DNA of 64,000 bases, taken from positions 28,706,001-28,770,000 of the forward strand of contig OZ024743.1 in assembly GCA_964016885.1 (NCBI GenBank). Reading direction: 5' to 3'. The translations under genes and the position numbers were made by a program. The notes beneath the pieces are model-generated. The model saw only the letters and a list, made by a program, of their open reading frames with translations, did no database searches and was not told the DNA's origin. Shown here piece by piece: positions 53,039-64,000 of this stretch (positions within the stretch are counted from its first letter, which is position 1; each line of letters begins with the position of its first letter). Source of the DNA: Eledone cirrhosa. Lineage: Eukaryota.

Positions 53039-53759
53039 TGTTCATTTGCCTTGTTGAATACCGCTGCACCTTACCGCCCTTAAACAGGAACAGCACGTGA
53101 TTAGAAGAGAACTCGCGCTCGCTCAAAATGTTAGGCCCCACTCTCACTAAGGATCTCTCAATAGGAAAGTAAATCCTATACATAACTAGATCTGCATCTA
53201 ACAGATTGTCTGCACTTCTGAGTCAAAAGATACTTCATCTTTCCTCTCAACAATAACTACTGGCGCCAAATTTCTACCGTGACTACAATCACATATGCTG
53301 TTCGAAGATGGCTGACCTCATGCCACCTCCACTCCGGCACTCCCACCTCACACGTCTTTCCTCCTCTCACCACTCATAATGCGAGGTTTGTGTTGCGTTT
53401 TATGATTTCTTTTTATTTCACCACACTCCATCTCTTACCAGTCCACTCCTTTCACTCAAGCATGTCGTAACTTTTTGGTACCAGCTTCGTGACTTTGGTA
53501 CCAGCTTCGTGGTGTTTTTGGTGAGTTCCACCACCAACTCTATCCCACACTACTCGGTTGTCTATTATCATTGACCCAAGAGCCACACGTTCCATATTTC
53601 AGACTCTTTTAGTTGCACCTCCTATAACCTTATACACTGCCTAAGAAGTTCGTAGCGCCAATCGTTCGCCGGGCACTTGCGTTATCTTCGGCTCTCTGGA
53701 TATATAAAAATCGATACGAATTTCTATATATTTTCTGTTGTAACGATGGAGCAAATAAC

Positions 53760-53985
53760 TATTTTTGGAAGACATGTAATATAAGATTAAGGGCATACAA
53801 GAAAAAAATGATTTAAATGAGCGTAATTGATAGATCACAGCTCCGATATTACGGGCATGTTGTTAAAATGTATCAGGAATAAATGGCCGGACAGATTTTA
53901 CGGGTGAAACCAATCGGCAGGAGACCCATGGTTAGACAATGAGCTTGGTCGGTCTCGCTTGGGGACCAGTCGGATCAATTGGAGA
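53760..53985 (+). pseudogene. RTE LINE C-terminal fragment
   Basis: IDRSQLRYYGHVVKM-type motif. Confidence 0.5.
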
Positions 53986-54383
53986 TTCGCGGATCTCCCA
54001 CGACCCTCTCAGGTATAGGTGGCGGGATGATAATAACAACAATTGTTTCTACTTTTGGCACAAGGCCAGCAATTTTATCGACTCCCCCACCCCACCCCCA
54101 CTCCACAAGAAGAAGAAGAAGAAGAAGAAGAAGAAGGACGGTCACGACGATAACAGCAGATCGAAAATTCAGAAAGTCAAGTGAAATCCCATTCTACATA
54201 CGTTTTCATATAGACTATTGCAGGCAAGGATTATTATAAATTAAATACTATTTTACTATGCACCCAGTCATTTATTACGGGTACGATGCTAAGTTATACA
54301 TATACGTATTCATATATTGATATACAAAATCGTATACATTCTTATATATATATGAGTGTTTGTGTATGTGTGTATGTGTGTGT

Positions 54384-54471
<88 letters not shown>

Positions 54472-54540
54472 ATATATATATATATTCGTGGAGAAATATA
54501 TAAAGAAGAACAAACTGTTAAAACATGTTTATTTAAAATA

Positions 54541-54580
54541 GCACCTACGTACGTTTCGCCCGAATGAGCTTCTCAAGGGC
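54541..54580 (-). ncRNA. Minimal type I hammerhead, U3-A8 variant
   Basis: gccc-TTGAGAA-gctc attc gggc-GAAA-cgtacg-TA^ggtgc; palindromic stem III ACGTACGT. Confidence 0.75.
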
Positions 54581-54894
54581 ATAACAAACTAAAAAGCGTT
54601 CTTTACATGACCCATAATGGGTTTTAGAGATAAGTTCACATCACAGTCCATTCTTCGTAAAAAACATGTATTGATTTGCAGTAGGTCAAGGGAGATAACC
54701 CTAACCGGTGTTAGAGCAGTGTGTCCCCAGATGTTTGTTTGCTGCGCCTGCCCGCCGGGGTCGATTCATGCCGGGTCTGGGATGCATGTTTAGTTTCCGG
54801 ATGTTTTTTGCAGCGCCTGCCCGCCGGGGTGTTAAAGTTTGGTCAGGGTGACCCGGTTTACGGTTCTCACGCCTCATTCTTATTCCATCTGGAG

Positions 54895-55972
54895 TAGGAG
54901 ATTATAAAGCTGAGTGTCGTGTGTATGTATTAGGTATGTATATATCCTACACACCTCCCTATAGTTTCTTAGCTTTACTCTCTCCGTCGCTCTTCCTCTT
55001 CTCTATAATTTAACTGCTTTACTCTCTCTGTCGCTCTTCACTCTCAAATATTATAAAGCTGAGCGTCGTCTCTCTCTCTCCCTCTTTCGCCCTCTCTATA
55101 ATTTAACTGCTTTACTCTCTGTTTCTCTTCACTCTCTATATGACAGCACTCTTTTACTTTCCGTAGAGATGAGCGTCGTATGTAAATTCGGCCAACACGT
55201 ATGTATCCTACACACCTCCGTATAGTTTCTTAGCTTTACTCTCTCCGTCGCTCTTCCCTCTCTCTATAATAGATCATTCCCCCTCTCTATAATTTAACTG
55301 CTTTACTCTCTCTCCGTCGCTCTTCACTCTCTAATATGATACAGCTGAGCGTCGTCTCTCTCTCTCTCCCTCTTTCACCCTCTCTATAATTTAACTGCTT
55401 TACTCTCTGTCTCTCCTCACTCTCTATATGACAACACCCTTTTACTTTCCGTATCTACCTTCAATATGTCAACATAGAGATGAGCGTCTTATGTATGGTT
55501 ATTTCAAAAGGATAACCTCCTTCAAATTCGGTCAACACACAAGCAGGTAATACATACATCAAAAGGCAACCCTCTTAGAGAGACAGAGAGTGAAATAGAC
55601 AGATTAGGAAAACTACACACACACACACATCTAAAGAGAGAGAGAGGAGAGAGGAGAGAGAGAGACAGGGTAAGAGAAACAGAGGGACGGGCAAGCAGGT
55701 AATACATACATCTAAAATAATTTGGATACAAATATCATAATATAATGGTTGTAGAACTAAAATACAGACAAATTTAATAATGTATCTATCCCACACATTT
55801 TTTCTGTCGTCGCTCGCATAACACACACATACACACACACACACAAATAGACATACTTTCACACCTGATTTCGCCAATTGCCGGATAACATCAAAACAAA
55901 ACACAGACACACACATGCACATACACAAATCACAACATACACATACACAAACACACACACATATCTATACTT

Positions 55973-56004
<32 letters not shown>

Positions 56005-56158
56005 TGTATGTATGTATGTATGTATGTATGTATGTATGTGTGTATGTAAGATCATTCCCCCCTCTACTATAATTTAACTGCTTTACTCTCTCTGTCGCTC
56101 TTCACTCTATATATGACAACACTGTTTTACTTTCCGTATCTCCCTTCAATAGATACAC

Positions 56159-56197
<39 letters not shown>

Positions 56198-56344
56198 GAG
56201 GGAGGGAGAGAAAGAGAGAGAGAGAAAAAGATTAGGAAAACTACACACACACATCTACAGAGAGAGAGAGAAAAACAGAGGGAGGGGAAAAAGAGAGAGA
56301 TAAGGCCGTAAGACAGAGAGATACAATTAAAGTTTTAGTTATTC

Positions 56345-56390
<46 letters not shown>

Positions 56391-56490
56391 CGGAAGGACA
56401 ATGTGACACGGGAGGGTGTGTGGTATCTTTGCAGGGGAGTGGTGGGGACAGGTATACGTAGCCGGGCGCCAGCCGGACGGGCAGTAGTGT
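54895..56490 (+). repeat. Complex reiterated block (TCTCTATAATTTAACTGCTTTACTC units), possibly Helitron-derived
   Basis: Motif recurs at ~55001, 55093, 55283, 55381 and 56063; GC-rich CCGGGCGCCAGCCGG..CAGTAGT end at ~56460-56488. Confidence 0.55.
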
Positions 56491-56549
56491 ATATATATAT
56501 ATATATTATATATATATATATTATATATATATATATAATATATATAATA

Positions 56550-56762
56550 ACATTTATTAAAATAAGAGATTAAAGTTGAAGCAAAGAATCGCTGCTTTCA
56601 CTCTTAACGGGATCTTCTGAAACTAAGCGATTATTTGCTTAAAACTTTAATCTGTTATTTTAATAAATATTTGCACTATGGTTTTATATATTTTTTATAT
56701 ACATATTATCCTTATCGAGCATTCTTCGTATTTTAGTCTTCACATTTATTATTATTACTATA
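56550..56762. mobile_element. Fold-back remnant of the 710-aa PLE family pseudo-LTR
   Basis: CAGAAGA HHR on minus (56575-56623), an inverted partial copy, then CCTTATCGAGC..TTTTAGTCTTCA matching 13860-13910. Confidence 0.7.
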
Positions 56763-56785
56763 TAACATATATATATATAAATATA

Positions 56786-57515
56786 GAAAAAATGAAATTT
56801 CATTTCTCACTCTTAGTACGGTTGATACTTAAATATAAGTATGTATACGTACATACATATATGTATACAGACGTACAGTAGTATGTATATACATGCATAC
56901 ATATATATATGTACGTATGGGTTTACCGAACATTTATTATAATGTTCGGTTTGTTTGTAAACAAACAGCCCGAATTAAGCCGTACAGTGTTCGGCAACCA
57001 TCGTTGCCCTTTTGTTCAACACTGACAAAGGAACGATGAACTAGTTTCTAGCTTATTAGCTGTCATCAGCACCGTATACCTTCCTGTCAGTCGATTGAAC
57101 GTTTGAAAATATATACTTTCCTTATGCATATTAACGGCTGAGCAGCCTAATTTGCATATCGAGTGAGTTATTCGGCCGGGCGTACCGGAAACGATAAATG
57201 GAAAAAATGAAATTTCATTCCCACTCTTAGTACGGCTGATACTTAAATATAAGTATGTATACGTACATACATATATGTATACAGACGTACAGTAGTATGT
57301 ATATACATGCATACATATATATATGTACGTATGGGTTTACCGAACATTTATTATAATGTTCGGTTTGTTTGTAAACAAACAACGATGGTTGCCGGACACT
57401 ACGGCTTAATTCGGGCTGTTTGTTTACAAACAAACCGAACATTATAATAAATGTTAGGTAAACCCATATGTATATACATACTACGTCTGTATACATATAT
57501 GATGTACGTATGCAT
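56786..57515 (-). mobile_element. 415-bp HHR-bearing unit in partial tandem plus inverted segment
   Basis: GAAAAAATGAAATTTCATT at 56786 and 57201; inverted copy at 57381-57515. Confidence 0.75.
57033..57075 (-). ncRNA. Type I hammerhead ribozyme (9399 family)
   Basis: acggtg-CTGATGA-c agct aata agct a-GAAA-ctag-TT^catcgt. Confidence 0.78.
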
Positions 57516-57556
<41 letters not shown>

Positions 57557-57972
57557 GCATGTGTGCATGTGCATACACACATACACATGTGTGTACATGT
57601 GTGTATATGTGCTTGCATGCATGTGTGTATGTATTTGTACGTGTGGCCGAGTGTATGTGTGTATTTGTACGTGCGTGCGTGTGTATGTGTGTGTATGTGT
57701 CGGCTTGGTATTCAGTATCATTGAATCCAACAAATGGCATTGTGGCGATTCGTTCCTTTTCACTGACTTACTTTACACTCAGACCAACGTAGTTATTTAC
57801 CCTTACGATATCGATAAAGCAAAGTAGACTGTTTGATTTCATCGATCCAGTGTGACAACAATCACGTAAAACGAACTGGTAAGGTAAATTAATAGAACAA
57901 TATTACTAAATCCTATCACGATAACACCTACTCTCAATTTCAAGACTTACAATTGAGACTTACAATTGAGGC

Positions 57973-59220
57973 ATGTATGTATGTATTTATGAATGTATGT
58001 TCTTTTGGTTTTATAATTTCGCAAATCTTTTCCCAATAGAGAGTCGGTTTCTAACATAGACACAAGACTCTCTCATTGGAATTTACACAACATAAACTAG
58101 GTAGATATGTATGTATGCATGCATGTGTAGATATGGATGTTATTGTATGTGTGGATGTGTATGTTTTGAGCTGTATGTGTGCATGTGTATATGCTTTGTA
58201 TCTGTACATGTGTATATGCAGTTATTAGGTGCAACATTTTGGGAATGTTTTACATATTTTTACTGTTCCATTGTACTTGTAATTTCCTAACTAGTTGTGT
58301 TCTTTCTGTTCCTGTGAAGCCTAGCTTCTCAAGATTTGTATTGAGGCAGTTGCTAACATACCCCAGTATCCCAATAATCACAGACATAAATCTGAAGGTG
58401 TAATCAGATTTCTCATCAGTTCTGCATAAATATTCTCCTTTTCGCTAATCTTTGATATTATATTGGCATCTGCTGGGCAACTAATTTCTACTACTGTGCA
58501 TGCTCTTTTCTCCCTGACCCATATCATAATATCTGGTCTTTTATGCCTGCATTTTATTGGGGTTTTTACTGGAACATTCCAACAGTACTCTTTCGTATTA
58601 TGTACGTGGATGTCTTCCACATTGCTGTAGCTTTTAATGTTTATTATCGGGGCTACCGTTTTTACGAACTGCATTGTACAGTGTTTTGGCCACTATATCA
58701 TGCCTCATAGGTAGATAGTACCGCGATGACATCTTTGGACAGCTGCTGATGACATGGGTGATATCCTCGATGTTAGTTCTGCAGAGATTGCACTTGTTAT
58801 CACATCTAGGTGTTTTGCCTGCACCCCTATCTCTTTTGTGAATCAGGTATTTCGTGTTAATCTCCTGTTCTTGGATTGCAAAAGCGTATCCTTCAAAGTG
58901 GGAGCCAATATAGCGGTTGTTGGTCCAAGATAGACTACTTTCCTTATCTATATTACTCTCACTCTGGAGCTTCCTGGCAACATATCCATGCATGATTTTT
59001 TGCTGATAGGCATGCAGTTTTACATCCATGGATTCACTGCGATACTAAGCGACTTCCCTGGGTATGAGTTTTTGATTATTACACAGGGAATATCTCTCGA
59101 GGAGTTCCTTCCCAACTCTCATGATCTTATCTGTTTCATGCAGATAGACTTGCTCGAGAGACGGGCTCCTACGCTTCGAGGTTCGTAGATGTTGTCGGAG
59201 GGATATGATGCGACATTCAA
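57973..59220 (-). mobile_element. R4/Dong-like LINE 3' portion (CCHC knuckle + RLE + 3' UTR)
   Basis: AIQEQEINTK, CNLC..EDITHVISSC, RHD, HKRPDIMIW..VVEISCP; (CATA)n tail. Confidence 0.88.
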
Positions 59221-59334
59221 TGTATGTATGTATGTATGTATGTATGTATGTATGTATGTATGTATGTATGTATGTATGTATGTATTTATGAATGTATTTT
59301 ATGAATGTATGTATGTATGTGTGTATGTATGTAT

Positions 59335-60922
59335 CGAACAATGTATGGACCTTTACCAGGTCTTTGTAGACTTGACAAAGGCCTTTGACCCTGTCTATCG
59401 AACTGCATTGTGGAAAATGTTGGAAAAGCTTGGCTGCCCTCCAACGATTGTGAAGATTCTGCGTTCTTCTCATGATGACATGAAGGCTTGGGTCAGTACT
59501 GGTGTTAGCATCTCTGAACTAATATCAGTTGAAACTGGAGTGAAGCAGGGGGACATTCCGGCTCCAACTCTGTTTTCCTTATATTTTACTATAGTGTTTC
59601 TCGTGGCATTCAGGAAGAATTGTTCGCATAGGGCTTACATCAGATATCGCACTTCGGGAAGGTTGTTCAATATCAGGCGCTTTGGTGCAAGCACAAAAGT
59701 ATTAACAGAGAGTTTTTGTATGCAGATGACTGCGATCTTTTTACACACTCACAAAGTGACATGTAGCATATTACGAACTCTTTTTCTGAATGTTTCAGCG
59801 TTTTGGGCCTCACAAATAGCTTGGAAAAGACTGGTGTAATGTATCAGCCAGCACCTGGAAAAGAGTACACTATACCAAGTGTGTGCGTCTACCGAAAGAG
59901 GCTAAAATGCTGACAAGTTAGTGTGCCTTGGTAGTACGCTGAACAACTCATGCACACTGGATGATGAAATATCCTTAAGACTCAAGAGAGCCAGTGATGC
60001 TTTTGGACGGTGGCATGAACGTTTATGGTCCCGACGAGGTATCACTATCGAAACCGAGGTAAAAGTGTATCTGACTTGTGTCGTCTCCTCTTTGCTTTAT
60101 GCTTGTGAAACATGGGTCACATACAGAAAGCACCTCAAGTAACTGGAGAGATTTCACCAACAATCTCTTCGTAAGTTACTTGGGGTGCAATGGAAAATGT
60201 TTGGCAGTGATTTGGAAGTTCTCGAACGGAGCAGATGCGTAACTATAGAGAGCATGATCTTTCGGCACCGGTTGAGGTGCTGTGGACACGTGGTTTGGAT
60301 GTCTGATGATCGCATTCCAAAGCAACCTCTCTACAGAGAACTGTGTGAAGGAAGGCGACCAGCAGACAAACGAAAAATGCGGTACCGGGACTGTGTCAGG
60401 GCACCTTGGCTTGTGCTAGAATTTCATCTGACAAATGGGAGAAAATGGCTGAAGAGAGAGTGAAGTGGAGACGTTTGATCAAGTCAGGTAGTGAACATTT
60501 TGAAACTCGTCGGAGAGAACACCTTACACTGAAAAGGAAGGTAAGGAAATGAGACTGTTCTGAACTCTTTGCTGTTGAAGATCTGGTTTTCCAGCACTGT
60601 GGTCGAGTCTGCCTGAGTAAAACTGGTTTGACTAGAGCACGAACAAAGTCATATCAGCAGACCTTATGTAGATTATGATCTGAAAAGGTGTAAGGAGTGT
60701 GGCAAGGAATGTGCTAACATGGGAAATCTTAAAAGACACATGAGAACACAGCCAGAATAAAGCAATGGAAACTCCCGGAGGAGCCTACAATTGTCATATA
60801 TGTGCCAGAGGGTGCAAGTCTTTGGCTGATTTAAAGAGCCACATTAGTGCCTCATATTTTAAGGCATATTATCAGGCGATGCCAATGCTCGAAAACGAGT
60901 TTGCACCCATTATGTATGTATG
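59335..60922 (+). mobile_element. RTE-clade LINE, 5'-truncated and degenerate, with C-terminal C2H2 fingers and (TATG)n tail
   Basis: FVDLTKAFD, GVKQGDIPAPTLF, YADDC, LLYACETW, RIPKQ, CKECGK..LKRHMRTH and CHICARGCKSLADLKSH. Confidence 0.88.
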
Positions 60923-60926
60923 TTCT

Positions 60927-61089
60927 GGGGCGGTGGATTGGCAGTATCAGTAGAGGGTCGGACGCTACGATCTGAGTTCAAATCCCGCCGAGGTTGACTT
61001 TGCCTTTCATCCTTACGGGGTCGATAAAATAAAGTACCAGTAATGCACTGGGTAATTGCTGGCCTTGTGCCTAAAGTAGAAACAATTAT
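60927..61089 (+). mobile_element. tRNA-derived SINE (family A)
   Basis: GGGGCGGTGGATTGGCAGTATC..GAGTTCAAATCCCGCCGAGG..GGCCTTGTGCCTAAAGTAGAAACAATTAT. Confidence 0.85.
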
Positions 61090-64000
61090 GTATGTTCTGG
61101 TTTTATAATTTTATAAATTTTTACCAATAGAGAGAGTCGATTTCTAACATAGATACAGGACTCTCTCATTGGGATTTACACAACATCAAATAGGTTGATA
61201 TGTCTGCATGCATGCATGTGTGTGCAGGTATGGATGTTATTGCATGTGTAGATGTGGATGTTTTGAGTTGTGTGTGTGCATGTGCATAAGTTTTGTATCT
61301 GTACATGTGTAATTGCAGTTATTAGATGCAGAATTTCTGAAATGTTTACATTTAACTGTTCCATTAATGGATTGTACTTGTAATTTCCTAACGAGTCGTG
61401 TTATTTTTTCTGTGAAGCCCAGCTTCTCAAGATTTGTACTGAGGCGGTTACTAACATCAATGTATGAATTTTTGCTGATAAGCATGCGGTTGTTCATCCA
61501 TGGATTCGCTGCATTATTGCTGGGTAACTTCCCAGGGAGTGAGTTTTTGATTATCATACAGGGAATATCATCCAAGGAGTTCCTTCCCAACTCTCATGAT
61601 CTTATCTGTCTCGTGTAGACAGATTTGCTCAATAGATGGGCTCCAACGCTTGGGGGTTCGTAACTGTTGTCGGAGGGATATGATGCGACACTCAAATGCT
61701 GTCTACGTTTCAAGTAGAGGCGGTCTATGTCACTGTTGGTGTGGAAGTTTCCGGTGTTGTTTAGGAGTTTCGAATTTTTAACATCAATTGCACGGATTTC
61801 GTCTATCGTCCAATCGATTATTCCAAACGGTGTTAGGACAGGTACAGCAAACATATTGTGAACCACTGTTTTATTGTGCGCAGAGAGTTCCGATGACCTT
61901 ATTTTTCTTAATCGGGTGTACTATTCCCTGGTTACGTGTTCCTCATTACAAATACCATTATAGGATATATTCTCATTTATCCCCAGATATCTGTAGCAGT
62001 CCTCGTCGGATATCGGTGAAACAGTTAGGCCATTAATAAAAATGTTGCTAGATGGAGTTGTAATTTTCCCCGCTTTACAATCATATATGAACATTTATCT
62101 TGGCCAAAATCCATTCTTATATCCTTTGAGAATGTTGTAACCAGGTCAAGTTTTTTCTTCATCCCATTTATGTTCTTAGCATAGATTTTCAGATCAACGA
62201 CAAAGAAATGATGGGTTAAGTTCGTTTTTCTGTCCTCCTGTGAGCCAATGATGCATCCTTCACATCTCTTGAGCAGAAAGAATAAGGGGTTTAATGACAA
62301 GATAAATAGTAGCACACATCGACTGTCTCCTAGAAATATACCCCTGTGATATTCTATTTTATCAGTGAAAATAGAGTCCACCTTAGGATAGTAGCCCAAG
62401 AAGAAGACAACTTCTCTATGGCTCTGATAATAATGCCTGGGACTTTAGCAAGTCGAAGGGCCTCTATCATCCAAGATTAGGAAACAAAATTAAATGCTTT
62501 CCTGTAGTCCAGCCAGACTGTAGCTATATTCCTCCTAAGCTGTCGCACCTCCGACAGTTGTTCAGTACACACCCAAACACCTTTCTTACCAACTGCCTGT
62601 TCATCTGTGATGAATGATATTTTCACAGTAATTTTGGAGAAATAGGTTCAGGCAGGCTGTCTACATCTTATACATCAGGTTCTGACATACAATGGGTCGG
62701 TAACCTTTTACCAAGTGGATGTCTTTGTTCTTGGGGACCTGTACTGTTTGTGTTAATGCCAATCATTCTAGTATATGAGAGTTTGTTGATAGAGGTCGAT
62801 AAGATACATCTGACAGAATATCAGGTTTTTTTTGTACCAGTAGCCGACAACTCGCTTCCTGGTGTTTACTTCCTATTTCAGTCTCAAGCGGATTCTCATT
62901 TTCCTCATTTATTTCGTATGTATTTGTTGTAGAGTGGGAGCAATAGTTCTTTTAGATTTCTTTTAGCCACACTGCATCTTCGTTTATATTCTTTTCATCC
63001 CATATTTTCCTCCAGAAGGAATTTGTCTTTCTGGGATGGGGCCTCAGTGACATTTATTATTTTACCCTTCATATCTCTATAGACTGATTTTTGGTTTCGT
63101 CTAAATCTTTTATTAATTATTTTCTTTCATCTACCCTCCTATTCTGGTATCGACGTTTCTCGCTAACAGCTCTCAATTCTTGTTTGAGGGTGATCAGCTT
63201 ATATTGAAGAATTCTGGTTGTACTGTCACCAAATATCGTTTCTATTTTATTTTTCAGTCTTTGTTGGTGAGTTTTTTTATTTTTGTTTTCAAGTAAGGAG
63301 CATTGTCACATATTCAATAGTTTTTCGTAGGTTAGCAATCATTTTTTCTATTTTAGTTATATATGATGATATTTTTGGTGGTATTTTGTTCTTGTTAATA
63401 TCTCTGCTATCACCAAGATAATGCTTCACTGCCGTTGCTAGGGTATATAAATTTGCCAATTCGTTGTAAATATTCATCCCCTATTTCGTCAATAGCACTT
63501 AAGATTTCATTATTTGGTTTTATTTTATCTAGTATTGTTGTTTTATTACGTTCAGCAAGAGAAATGTTTCTACATGAATTAATTTCTCTCAGGAAGATTT
63601 CGTTGAGAGAAAATTGTTTATACTTTTGACTATTATTATCAATAGTGTTTTCTACAACAGTCGAGGCAGACTGAGATGACACACGTGATGTCAAATTTCT
63701 TACCGGCATAGTTTCAAAGGTCTGTTCAACCTGGTTGCTAGAAAATCTAGTAGCATGGCGACCTGTGGCACGTGTTGTTGATTGCATGTTTGTTCAGGGG
63801 GACTTACAATTAACAATATTTATCTTAATTTTACGTTCGACAAACGTCGTTTGTTGGCGTAATTGTTTGGCTGTGATTTAGCTCTCGATCTATTTCGTCC
63901 CAGCCTATCTTCATTCTGTTCATATAGCCAACGGGATTTTGTTGTCATTTCGTAACAATTAAATAAATCAAGTTCGTAACTCCAAAAGAAATGTGATTTA
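61090..64000 (-). mobile_element. R4/Dong-like LINE, long degenerate copy running off the window
   Basis: WLDYRKAF-like motif, RGIFLGDS, FVVDLKIY, NSDIDRLYL; internal deletion of CCHC/RLE near 61455; 3' UTR as in the other copies. Confidence 0.85.

Noticed and set aside
60927-61000. tRNA genes at SINE heads
   Set aside because: A/B boxes are present but there is no full cloverleaf, and each continues into a SINE body

Overview
AT-rich, microsatellite-dense eukaryotic non-coding DNA. The repeat complement (tRNA-derived SINEs, RTE and R4/Dong LINEs, long (TA)n/(CA)n/(TACA)n) looks like a coleoid cephalopod, probably Octopus; this is inference. I found no host protein-coding gene, rRNA, true tRNA or CRISPR array that I can support, and most listed ORFs are microsatellite artefacts. 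The window is a stack of mobile elements: an intact 710-aa Penelope-like element (PLE; RT + GIY-YIG, Naiad-like) at 11673-13805(-), a decayed relative at ~16680-18501(+), a third degraded PLE RT, RTE and R4/Dong LINEs, SINEs, non-autonomous Helitrons, MITEs, and Tc1, Chapaev and Gypsy relics. The main unannotated signal is RNA-level. There are about 14 type I hammerhead ribozyme (HHR) motifs from about 9 unrelated repeat families, including U3-A8, U4A and U4C core variants and palindromic stem III. Three sit in a 486-bp tandem array (15031-16553) that looks like a retrozyme able to release a ~486-nt circular RNA. Most families share the layout HHR - GAGTRC box - (TA)n. A separate 96-bp-arm hairpin with strong G-U bias lies at 40919-41112. 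All folds were read by eye, and TE boundaries are approximate.
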